A DNA stretch of 64,000 bases from NCBI GenBank assembly GCA_016861245.1, contig BOKZ01000001.1, positions 615,006-679,005 on the forward strand, written 5' to 3'. Below are positions 39,072 to 46,634 of this stretch, piece after piece. The notes beneath the pieces were generated by a model, which was not told the DNA's origin, ran no database searches, and saw nothing but the letters and a program-made list of their open reading frames with translations. The number at the start of each line of letters is the position of its first letter. Within the stretch, counting starts at the first letter, position 1. This DNA is from Patescibacteria group bacterium. GTDB lineage: Bacteria > Patescibacteriota > UBA1384 > 2-12-FULL-50-11. The position numbers and the translations under genes were made by a program.

Positions 39072-40028
39072 ATGATCAACGTAGTCAAATCTGCATGGAA
39101 GTGGCTATTAACTTTCGTGCTCAAACCGCTCGTCCTCTACAGAAGCCGCGAACACGTTGAATTCAAATTCAATTGGTTCAGTACGTTTCTAGTGCTGCAG
39201 TCAGCGGCGTGCATCAGCCTCGTACTGTGGCTGTACCATCGCATCTCGCCGGAGCTCTTTGCCGTACAGTTCAACTCGCCCTGGTACGAGTATGTGATCT
39301 GTTTCGTCGTCGCTCACGCGTTCATGGGACTGTTCGAGTACTTCTTTCATCGCTACACGCTCCACGGGCTGTTCTGGAAGTTCCTCTGGTTTCTCCATCG
39401 GAAGCACGAGGAGCATCACGGCCTTACGCACGTCACCGACCTTAAGGGTAGCACTGAAGTGGCGTCGAGGAGTAAAGTTCGAAACAAGTACGCGATCAAA
39501 GACGGCGACCAAATTCAGTCGTCGGCCTTTCCGGCCTACGCCCTGGTCACCTTCTGGGGGATCTTCAGTCTTGTTCTCGTCCCACTGCAGCTACTCTTGC
39601 GATCGCAACCGATCGTTATAACCGGCTACATGTCGGTTGTGTTTTCGTTCGGTCTCTACGAGATTATCCACGCCATCTGGCATCTGGATTACGACAAGCA
39701 TTGGAAAAAGCGCGTCGAAACCTCAAAGACTTGGCGAACGATCTACGGGTTCCATCTCATGCACCACGTCCGTGGTTGCAGTAGAACTAACCTGGCAATC
39801 AGCGGCGTATTCGGCTACTGGCTATGGGACAAACTGTTCGGCTCGCTCTACATTCCATCCGAGTTACCACTCGAAGGCGTGGAGATCGATCCCGACACGC
39901 TCAAGCCCCCGAAACCGCCTCGCTGGCTCCAGTGGCTCGACGAAAAAGTCGATGCCCGCGCAGCCCGCATCAAAAAGCAAGAAGCCAAACGGCGTCTCGC
40001 CGTGCATCAGTCCTCCTCGCGCCCGTAA
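39072..40028 (+). CDS. fatty acid hydroxylase/sterol desaturase superfamily membrane protein (di-iron His-box enzyme)
   Basis: 318 aa. His boxes HRYTLH, HRKHEEHH, HAIWHLD and HLMHH, with several TM segments. The gene is GC-rich (all-frame shadow ORFs), suggesting horizontal acquisition. Confidence 0.7.
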   Translation: MINVVKSAWKWLLTFVLKPLVLYRSREHVEFKFNWFSTFLVLQSAACISLVLWLYHRISPELFAVQFNSPWYEYVICFVVAHAFMGLFEYFFHRYTLHGLFWKFLWFLHRKHEEHHGLTHVTDLKGSTEVASRSKVRNKYAIKDGDQIQSSAFPAYALVTFWGIFSLVLVPLQLLLRSQPIVITGYMSVVFSFGLYEIIHAIWHLDYDKHWKKRVETSKTWRTIYGFHLMHHVRGCSRTNLAISGVFGYWLWDKLFGSLYIPSELPLEGVEIDPDTLKPPKPPRWLQWLDEKVDARAARIKKQEAKRRLAVHQSSSRP

Positions 40029-40044
40029 GTGCGCGAGGACTTTT

Positions 40045-40221
40045 TTATACCACTTCGTTTTCGTCCGTTGGCTCTTCGGCAACAGCTTTTACGTGTAAAT
40101 CATCAACGCAGTTACACGCTTCCATCATCGCACCAACCATCGTGCAAGAATCCGTATCGCAGGCCTTTGGGACATCACTTTTTCCGCCGCACGTTCCTCG
40201 ACAAACATAGTGTTCACTCAT
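40045..40221 (-). CDS. small Cys-rich protein (58 aa; 8 Cys, putative metal-binding)
   Basis: MSEHYVCRGTCGGKSDVPKACDTDSCTMVGAMMEACNCVDDLH. GGAGGTG RBS 7 nt upstream. Its start overlaps the stop of the upstream gene (ATGAGTGA). Confidence 0.5.
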   Translation of the reverse strand: MSEHYVCRGTCGGKSDVPKACDTDSCTMVGAMMEACNCVDDLHVKAVAEEPTDENEVV

Positions 40222-40447
40222 TTTTTTCACCTCCGTTCCAAAATGCGGTGTATATAACACCATCGCTCCCTTTTCGGTCTTCAGTATACCACCCCGCTTC
40301 TTTTGCCCACTCCCCTACTCTTTTATTGCGTTTTTTCTGGGACAAAGCATATAGTTCGTCTTTTTCGTCTTGATTCATCTCCCGCCCAAACCTCGCTTGG
40401 AATAAGTCATCAAAACTAAATCGGCAAGAATAACTCATTGCATGCAA
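40214..40447 (-). CDS. hypothetical small protein, translationally coupled to the Cys-rich gene
   Basis: 77 aa (or 54 aa from MNQDEKD). Charged protein, with WYTEDRKGSDGVIYTAFWNGGEK. No family recognised. Confidence 0.35.
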   Translation of the reverse strand: MHAMSYSCRFSFDDLFQARFGREMNQDEKDELYALSQKKRNKRVGEWAKEAGWYTEDRKGSDGVIYTAFWNGGEKNE

Positions 40448-40501
40448 TGTAACAAAAAGGAGCCAAATTGGCTCCTTTTTCGAATTCTAAATTAGAATTC
40501 T

Positions 40502-40882
40502 TTACTTAAGTTCGACCGTAGCGCCGGCTTCTTCGAGTTTCTTCTTAGCAGCTTCAGCGTCTTCCTTCTTCATTGTGCCGAGCTCTTTTGGAGCGGCATC
40601 AACGAGATCTTTAGCTTCTTTAAGACCGAGTTCTTGTTTGATCTCACGGACTGCCTTAATGACGGCGATCTTTTGGTCGCCAGAAGCAGCGAGGACAACG
40701 TTGTACTCAGACTTCTCTTCTGCGGCTTCCGCAGCACCACCGCCAGCAGCTGGCGCAGCACCGGCTGCCATTACTGGCATAGCGCTAACGCCAAACTTCT
40801 CTTCTAAACCTTTTACTAACTCTGAGAGCTCCATTACGGAAAGCTCACCAACCTGCTCGATAATTTTTTCTACGTTACTCAT
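40502..40882 (-). CDS. rplL: 50S ribosomal protein L7/L12
   Basis: 126 aa. N-terminal dimerisation helix, Ala/Pro hinge, and C-terminal domain [20 protein letters not shown]. Confidence 0.95.
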   Translation of the reverse strand: MSNVEKIIEQVGELSVMELSELVKGLEEKFGVSAMPVMAAGAAPAAGGGAAEAAEEKSEYNVVLAASGDQKIAVIKAVREIKQELGLKEAKDLVDAAPKELGTMKKEDAEAAKKKLEEAGATVELK

Positions 40883-40909
40883 TTATTTTCCTTTCTTACT
40901 TTCTATTTA

Positions 40910-41425
40910 TTATTTCTTCGATTCCTCAACCGCTCGTACCACGTAGGCAAACTGCTGTAGTGGGAAGTTTAAGTTGTAAACCAATCCTTGGATTAAACCG
41001 TGGAGACGGCCAACAACCTGAGCTTGTAAGGTTTCTTTACTTGGGAGTGAGGCGAGGGTTTTAACGGCTGAAGAGTCAAAGAAATTGCCGTCGATCCAAC
41101 CGCCGAGAATCTCTAACGATTCAGTTTCTTTCGCGAAATCGCTTAGCATTTTTGCCGCTACAACTTCATCTTGAAAGCCGTAAGCAATTGCGAGCTGTTT
41201 CTCTGGAATTTCCAGTTCGCGTTTCTGGTTTTTTAAGATCAGGCGAAGGAGATTATTACTCAACATTCGAACCTTACCCTGCTCTTCAAACGCCTTATCT
41301 CGAAGCGCCAGGTTCGCCTTAGCGTTAAGCGCTGTGTACGCAAAGATAATACTAATGCGTGAGGCTTCGAGCTCGCTGGTAAGCTGCTCAACTAACGCGA
41401 CTTTTTGTGCTCGTAGTAATGCCAT
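40910..41425 (-). CDS. rplJ: 50S ribosomal protein L10
   Basis: 171 aa. Sits upstream of rplL. The N-terminus LRAQKVALVEQLTSELEAS is typical of uL10. Confidence 0.9.
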   Translation of the reverse strand: MALLRAQKVALVEQLTSELEASRISIIFAYTALNAKANLALRDKAFEEQGKVRMLSNNLLRLILKNQKRELEIPEKQLAIAYGFQDEVVAAKMLSDFAKETESLEILGGWIDGNFFDSSAVKTLASLPSKETLQAQVVGRLHGLIQGLVYNLNFPLQQFAYVVRAVEESKK

Positions 41426-41478
41426 TTATTTCTATAATTCTAGGTTGAATTTATATGGTTCTGAACAGTGTCGCGGAA

Positions 41479-41518
41479 GCTGAATTGATTGGTTTGCCGT
41501 AGGCAAAATTCAGCTGAG
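41479..41518. repeat. 40-nt hairpin repeat element copy 1 (GCTGAATTGATTGGTTTGCC-loop-GGCAAAATTCAGCTGAG) in rplJ leader
   Basis: About 80% identical to the element at 50317..50354. Both lie 50-130 nt upstream of minus-strand gene starts. Confidence 0.5.
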
Positions 41519-41695
41519 CGCCAAGTAGTATGTTGCCGCTGGAGCGACATAACTACATCTGTGAAGAAACATGTAAATGCAACAAATTGACGCCCAAAGA
41601 GACGTCGCTTGCGGCTTCGTCCTCGGCAGGATTTACGGCTTGTCTCTTACGAGGGCCACCTACTTTCTTTGGAACAGAGTAATTTTCCCAAAAAA

Positions 41696-42211
41696 CTAGT
41701 TGAGTGTCAATAAAGCCCGTAAATGCTCGGCCGACATCCGGCCGGGGAAAAAGTATTTAATTCTATTGCCGCTGATGTAATAGCTAGCTGGAATAGTTCC
41801 GGACCAACTTCTAAACGTCGTCCCCTGCTCATCGAAATAATTAGGAAACGTCACACCAAGTTCGTTTAGCTTTGCTGCCGCCACATCGGGCTGATCCTGA
41901 ATATTAATTAATACTGGCTTTAAAGCAGTGCCCGTTAATATATTCTTTTGTTCTGTTAATAATAGGACGCACTCGTTGCAGCTGCTATTCCAGAAGGTTA
42001 CGAGCGTTGGCGAACCAACCACCTGTTCGATCGCAACCTTCTTCCCTTGAGCATCGATAATCGACGATGCTGGCAGCGCGTCGTCAACTGCAAATGGCGT
42101 AATGTCGTTTGGGTCAATCTTTGTATTTACAGTTTCGCTCGTACCACTTAGGAAAATCCCAACAACAATAATTGAGAGCACAAAAATGACCGGCAAAATA
42201 AGCCGGTTCAT
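41696..42211 (-). CDS. membrane-anchored TlpA/redoxin-family thiol-disulfide oxidoreductase
   Basis: 171 aa. N-terminal TM. Thioredoxin-fold active site FWNSSCNEC (CxxC). Inserted between rplA and rplJ. Confidence 0.7.
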   Translation of the reverse strand: MNRLILPVIFVLSIIVVGIFLSGTSETVNTKIDPNDITPFAVDDALPASSIIDAQGKKVAIEQVVGSPTLVTFWNSSCNECVLLLTEQKNILTGTALKPVLINIQDQPDVAAAKLNELGVTFPNYFDEQGTTFRSWSGTIPASYYISGNRIKYFFPGRMSAEHLRALLTLN

Positions 42212-42238
42212 TCTTTACGGGCCCCTCTGCCCATTTCG

Positions 42239-43138
42239 TTATTTCAGAAACGTTAAATCAATGGCTGCCGAAGGGCTCATTGTAGAAGTAATGTAGGCAG
42301 CAGAAATTCGACTCTTCTGAATACTACCTAACATCGCAGCAGCGTTTTCTTTGAGTTTAGCGGTATCCCAGGAAACTTTACCGATTATCTGGTGAATATT
42401 ATCGCTACTATCAATTCGATACTCAACTTTGCCGGAGTTAATTTCTTCAATCGCTTTTTTCGGATCGTTGGTGACGGTACCGGATTTTGGATCTGGCATC
42501 TTGCCTTTTGGTCCTAAGATTTTAGCGATTTTACCAACCTTTGGCATCAGCTCGGGCGAAGCGATCGCAACATCAAAATCGATCTTTTTTGTTTTAGCGA
42601 TCTCTTCGATCTTGGCTTCATCGAGAACAATAATCTTCTTCTCTTTGCCGGTGCCGTGCGGTAAATGAATAACGCTCTTAGAAGATTCTGTACTGCCCTT
42701 ACTTTTCTTTTTAAGCAACTTTAAATGCAACTCAACACTACCATCAAATTTTGAGTACGAAGTCTTTTTAATCAGTTCGATCGCTTCTTCTAAGTCGTAG
42801 AGTTTACCTTTTTCGATATGGGCAGTTGCGGCCGCATATTTAGCTGAGCGCTTTTTCTTCGTGGCGACCTTTGCAGGTTTTGCGCTTTTCTTCGGAGATT
42901 TCTTATTTACTGCCTCAGCAGATTCGTTGTCTGTGTGAATGGCAGCAACTTCGGCTGGCACAACTGCATCGGCATCAGCTGCTTCCTCAGCAATCAGAGC
43001 TTTCTCGGCTTCTTCGTCTGGATTATTTTCGACCTCATCTTGCGAAGCTTCGTCAGCACGCGCTGTTAAAACTTCTGCTTCTTCGATAGCAGATTTTTCT
43101 TGGTCGACGGCGTTATTAGTTGTTTTTTTCTTTGGCAT
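42239..43138 (-). CDS. rplA: 50S ribosomal protein L1 with an 85-aa low-complexity N-terminal extension
   Basis: The C-terminal roughly 215 aa align to uL1 (KGKLYDLEEAIELIKK...GPKGKMPDPKSGTVT). The N-terminal 85 aa are Ala/Glu/Lys-rich. Confidence 0.85.
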   Translation of the reverse strand: MPKKKTTNNAVDQEKSAIEEAEVLTARADEASQDEVENNPDEEAEKALIAEEAADADAVVPAEVAAIHTDNESAEAVNKKSPKKSAKPAKVATKKKRSAKYAAATAHIEKGKLYDLEEAIELIKKTSYSKFDGSVELHLKLLKKKSKGSTESSKSVIHLPHGTGKEKKIIVLDEAKIEEIAKTKKIDFDVAIASPELMPKVGKIAKILGPKGKMPDPKSGTVTNDPKKAIEEINSGKVEYRIDSSDNIHQIIGKVSWDTAKLKENAAAMLGSIQKSRISAAYITSTMSPSAAIDLTFLK

Positions 43139-43694
43139 TAAAAGTATTCGGTTCTAGTTGTTCTTCCATAGATTTTATCAGATAAGAGACGACTCGGTCA
43201 ACGATCGCACCAAGCTCCCGACGCTCATCGGAACTAAACTTTGATAATACGTACTCGGCCAAGTCGTGATCGTGATGTTCGGGACGACCGATACCAATAC
43301 GAATACGCCAGTAGTCCGGTCCGATCTCGTTATCAATCGATTTAATGCCGTTATGTCCGCCGCTAGTGCCACCGTGTTTAACACGAACTTCGCCAAACCG
43401 GAACTCGGTGTCGTCGTGGATAACCCAGAGACGTTCGCGGTCCAGTCCGTGTTTTTGCATTAACGCCTCAACCACGTGACCAGATTCGTTCATGTACGTT
43501 CCTGGCTTAATCAACTGTATTTTTTCGCCACGAAACTGGAATGCGATTTCGTCGCTATTAAGTAAATGCTTTTGACGATGCCAGTGCGTCTCACCTAGTT
43601 GCTTTGCCAGCGCTTCGATAACTTCAAAACCGACATTATGCCTTGTTCCTTCGTATCGATCACCCGGATTACCTAACCCGATAATTGTTAGCAT
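43116..43694 (-). CDS. pth: peptidyl-tRNA hydrolase
   Basis: 192 aa. LTIIGLGNPGDRYEGTRHNVGF with the catalytic His. Overlaps rplA by 23 nt. Confidence 0.9.
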   Translation of the reverse strand: MLTIIGLGNPGDRYEGTRHNVGFEVIEALAKQLGETHWHRQKHLLNSDEIAFQFRGEKIQLIKPGTYMNESGHVVEALMQKHGLDRERLWVIHDDTEFRFGEVRVKHGGTSGGHNGIKSIDNEIGPDYWRIRIGIGRPEHHDHDLAEYVLSKFSSDERRELGAIVDRVVSYLIKSMEEQLEPNTFNAKEKNN

Positions 43695-43697
43695 TAA

Positions 43698-44009
43698 CTA
43701 CATCCCAGGTAGTTTCATGTCCTTGAGTAGTGGCTGCATTCGGGTGGCGGATTCGGTCTGAGCGCGGCTCATTGCTTGACCGATTGTGTCCTTAAGATTT
43801 GCCTCGAGCTCATTCTTTTTTTCCGGAGTTAGTAGTTCATCAGCAATTTCAATGGCTACAATCTTCATCTCGCCGCTTACTACAACACCAACGAGATTAT
43901 CAGTAGAGCGCGCTTCGATCTCTAGCTCTTTAAGCTCTTTTTGTAGCTGTTTGGCTTTCTTTTGGAGCTGATACATATCTTTCATCTGTCCGAAATTTGG
44001 TAATGCCAT
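43698..44009 (-). CDS. ybaB: nucleoid-associated protein YbaB/EbfC
   Basis: 103 aa. MKDMYQLQKKAKQLQKELKELEIEA...VGVVVSGEMKIVAIEI. Confidence 0.8.
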   Translation of the reverse strand: MALPNFGQMKDMYQLQKKAKQLQKELKELEIEARSTDNLVGVVVSGEMKIVAIEIADELLTPEKKNELEANLKDTIGQAMSRAQTESATRMQPLLKDMKLPGM

Positions 44010-44995
44010 TATTTTGTTTCCTTTCTTTTTAGTAATAAATATTTTGCGTACGCATCGATGAACGTTTCTATTTTGCCGTCGAGCACGTCGTCGACAGCGC
44101 TGGTTTCAAAGCCAGTGCGCACATCTTTAACGAGCTGGTACGGCTGTAGTACGTACGATCGAATCTGATTTCCCCAGGAAGCTAAGACCGGCTCGCCTTT
44201 GTGTTTCTGCTCTTCGGCACGCTGGCGTTCTTCCTCGAGTAATTGTAGCTTTGCTTGAAGGATTTTCATAGCCTGTAACTTATTTTGCAGTTGACTTCGT
44301 TCGTTCTGGCAAGTTACTACGATCTTGGACGGCAAGTGAGTAATTCGTACTGCCGAATCGGTAGTATTAACGCCTTGCCCGCCGTGACCCCCAGCTCGAT
44401 AAACGTCGATCTTTAGTTCATCTGGATTAATTACTAATTCTGATTTTTCAACTTCTGGGACAACCTCTACAAGCGCAAACGAGGTGTGACGGGATTTACT
44501 AGCATCAAACGGCGAGATTCGGACGAGCCTATGAACGCCGCCTTCGCCTTTGAGCTTGCCGTACGCGCGAAAACCTTTAACCTGCAACATCGCGCTTTTA
44601 ATCCCCGCTTCTTCACCGGCGCTTTTTTCTAGCAACTCCACTTTGAAGTTAGCGCGTTCGCAGTAACGAGTGTAGAGACGTAAGAGCATCTCGGCCCAAT
44701 CCTGAGCTTCGGTGCCGCCAGAGCCGGCGTGAACAGAAAGATACGCATTCGAGTCGTCGTGTTCGCCAGTAAAAACTGCTTCTCGCTCTATCTCATCGAG
44801 CTCGCGTTCGCTTTCTGCTAATTCGAATCGCAAAAGCATATCTTCAAGGTGTTTATACTCCTGCGTTAGCTTAGCGGCATGTTGATGATCACTCCAAAAT
44901 TCTGGATTTTTCATCTGTTCCTGAATGCGAGCTAGGCGCTCCTGTTTAGAAGGAATCCCCAATAGTTCTTCTAGTTCTTTTTTACGATCATTCAT
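44009..44995 (-). CDS. prfB: peptide chain release factor 2 (no programmed +1 frameshift site present)
   Basis: 328 aa. GGQ motif (GGHGGQGVNTTDSAVRITHLP). SPF tripeptide (RISPFDASKSR) marks RF2 rather than RF1. The ORF begins about where the E. coli frameshift site would be, and no CTTTGAC lies upstream. Confidence 0.85.
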   Translation of the reverse strand: MNDRKKELEELLGIPSKQERLARIQEQMKNPEFWSDHQHAAKLTQEYKHLEDMLLRFELAESERELDEIEREAVFTGEHDDSNAYLSVHAGSGGTEAQDWAEMLLRLYTRYCERANFKVELLEKSAGEEAGIKSAMLQVKGFRAYGKLKGEGGVHRLVRISPFDASKSRHTSFALVEVVPEVEKSELVINPDELKIDVYRAGGHGGQGVNTTDSAVRITHLPSKIVVTCQNERSQLQNKLQAMKILQAKLQLLEEERQRAEEQKHKGEPVLASWGNQIRSYVLQPYQLVKDVRTGFETSAVDDVLDGKIETFIDAYAKYLLLKRKETK

Positions 44996-45015
44996 ATAAG
45001 TATTTTACTCTAGTT

Positions 45016-45088
45016 CCCCAAAGCGTGCTTGGGGTGGGGGTGAAGGGGGTAGGGGCAGCGCTTCGCAAGTAGCACCCCCTACCCCCTT
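45016..45088. repeat. GC-rich G-tract palindromic repeat element, copy 1
   Basis: CCCCAAAGCGTGCTTGGGGTGGGGGTGAAGGGGGTAGGGGCAGCGCTTCGCAAGTAGCACCCCCTACCCCC. About 85% identical, in inverted orientation, to 51366..51448. Confidence 0.6.
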
Positions 45089-45142
45089 CTATAAAAATTG
45101 AGTCTTTGGTTGAACAAAATTTTTGTAAGTTTTTAAGTAACA

Positions 45143-45172
45143 AAAAAAGACCCATTTCTGGGTCTTTTTTTG
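45143..45172. terminator. bidirectional intrinsic terminator (AAAAAAAGACCCAtttcTGGGTCTTTTTTT)
   Basis: Perfect hairpin flanked by A7/T7, downstream of the 45180..45734 gene on the minus strand. Confidence 0.7.
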
Positions 45173-45179
45173 TTACTTG

Positions 45180-45734
45180 TTAACCAAGTAAGTCAGCTTC
45201 TTTGCGAGCTAACATGTAGCGACGTAAAGCAACCGCTAGGGTTGTTAACGCACCCGGAAGGATAGCAGCTTCCGCACCAGCCTTTGGTAAGGTGGTGACA
45301 GTCTTGCTAACTACCACTTTGTTAGCACACTTCGCAGCAGCTTTAGCAGCGCTGGCGCTCGAAGACGAGCTAGCAGCGGAACTGGCTGAAGCAAAGGCAC
45401 TCGGACAATCCGCCGTCTGAGTTACGGTGTTACCACCGCTTGTTGCAGACGAAGAACTTGAGCTAGAACTCGAAGAGCTAGAACTCGAAGACGAGCTTGA
45501 GCTAGACGAACTCGAACCGCTAGAGCTAGACGAGCCGCTTGAAGCAGCCGAACTAGCAGAAGCACCGGCACCAGCAGAAGCTGATACGCCACCAACACTA
45601 GCCGAAGCAGCGCTTGAAGAGCTAGCAGACGAGCTTGAGCTCGAAGAGCTAGAACTTGAAGCAGCGGCAACTAGCGCAGGGCTAGTAAAGGCTACTGTTA
45701 AGGCAACTAAGATGGAAACTAATATATATTTCAT
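45180..45734 (-). CDS. serine-rich repeat surface protein with C-terminal LPxAG-type sortase sorting signal
   Basis: Signal peptide MKYILVSILVALTVAFTSPALVAA. About 100 residues of near-pure Ser/Ala/Gly. C-terminal TLPKAG, then a hydrophobic stretch, then RRYMLARKE (cell-wall-anchor architecture). AGGAGAT RBS before MKYIL. Confidence 0.6.
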   Translation of the reverse strand: MKYILVSILVALTVAFTSPALVAAASSSSSSSSSSSASSSSAASASVGGVSASAGAGASASSAASSGSSSSSGSSSSSSSSSSSSSSSSSSSSSSSATSGGNTVTQTADCPSAFASASSAASSSSSASAAKAAAKCANKVVVSKTVTTLPKAGAEAAILPGALTTLAVALRRYMLARKEADLLG

Positions 45735-45880
45735 TATATCTCCTATTATCATCTCACTTGCCCTAAGGCAAGTGTGCTTATATTTTCATTCACTTTTCAG
45801 ACTAATCTCGACTTCTAATTAGTCGGAAAAGAAATGTTCCGAGGCACAGGTTTTAAGGCCTGCACCTCGGAAAGGATGTT

Positions 45881-46633
45881 CTATCCTCCTGCCGCTGCTG
45901 CCGAGCTGGAGCTCGACGATGACGACGAAGAGGAAGAACTGGAAGAGCTTGAGCTCGAAGACGAGCTCCCGCCCGCGCCACCTGCACCGCCGAAAGCAAG
46001 AGCTGCAACGTTGAACGTATTGCCCTTGCCCAGCTGGGCATTGAAGGAGACGCCGCCGATCACCGGCGAGATCACCGTCGGAGCGCCCAGGTTGGCGATG
46101 TGTTGCTGCTGGGTGGGCAGCAACATGACGGGAATGTACTTCGGCACTTCGACCGGCCGATCGACCGGCACGTAGACCGGCACTTCGACCCGTCGTTCGG
46201 GACCAGGTACCGTCACTCGGTACTCGCGAACCAACGTGCGTTGGTACGTCAGCGTTCGAGTCTCGGTTTTCACCGCCGACCGCTGCCAGATCAGGTTGTT
46301 GCAAGCAACAATCTGAAGCGGCAGATCGGTCTTGCGATCGCAGAGAACCTGGCGACCAGCGAGCGATTCGTACTTGAACTCGTTACGGTTGCGGTAGTGA
46401 ACCCAACCGTACTCGCCCTGACGACCGGCACGTCGGTACGTGCCCTCGTTGCTCACCGGAAGTCGCGAGTAGGACCATTGGTAGTCCTTGGAGAGCAGAA
46501 GGTCTGGGCCTTCCTGGTACTCTCGGACGAACTCCCGAGTTCCAGAACTCGTTGACGGGTCAATGCTCTGCGCACCAGCGAGGCTGGCACAGATCAGAGC
46601 GGCAATGACGAGAGGGGTGTGGATCAGTTTCAT
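45881..46633 (-). CDS. secreted hypothetical protein with C-terminal poly-Ser tail (GC-rich islet)
   Basis: 250 aa. Signal peptide MKLIHTPLVIAALICASLAGAQS. Val/Pro-rich repeats (VEVPVYVPVDRPVEVPKYIPV). Ends with GGAGGAGG + S24. Local GC is about 60%. Confidence 0.55.
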   Translation of the reverse strand: MKLIHTPLVIAALICASLAGAQSIDPSTSSGTREFVREYQEGPDLLLSKDYQWSYSRLPVSNEGTYRRAGRQGEYGWVHYRNRNEFKYESLAGRQVLCDRKTDLPLQIVACNNLIWQRSAVKTETRTLTYQRTLVREYRVTVPGPERRVEVPVYVPVDRPVEVPKYIPVMLLPTQQQHIANLGAPTVISPVIGGVSFNAQLGKGNTFNVAALAFGGAGGAGGSSSSSSSSSSSSSSSSSSSSSSAAAAGG

Positions 46634-46634
46634 C

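Noticed and set aside
39173-40373. Several overlapping plus- and minus-strand ORFs of 90-153 aa with Arg/Ser/Pro-rich products
   Set aside because: These are shadow ORFs caused by the high GC of the hydroxylase gene. Only the His-box membrane protein frame has recognisable motifs.
45427-45822. Plus-strand ORF encoding acidic LELEELELEDELELDE repeats
   Set aside because: It is the antisense shadow of the poly-Ser codons (AGC/TCG runs) of the minus-strand Ser-rich gene. There is no RBS, and the minus-strand gene has a signal peptide and a sorting signal.
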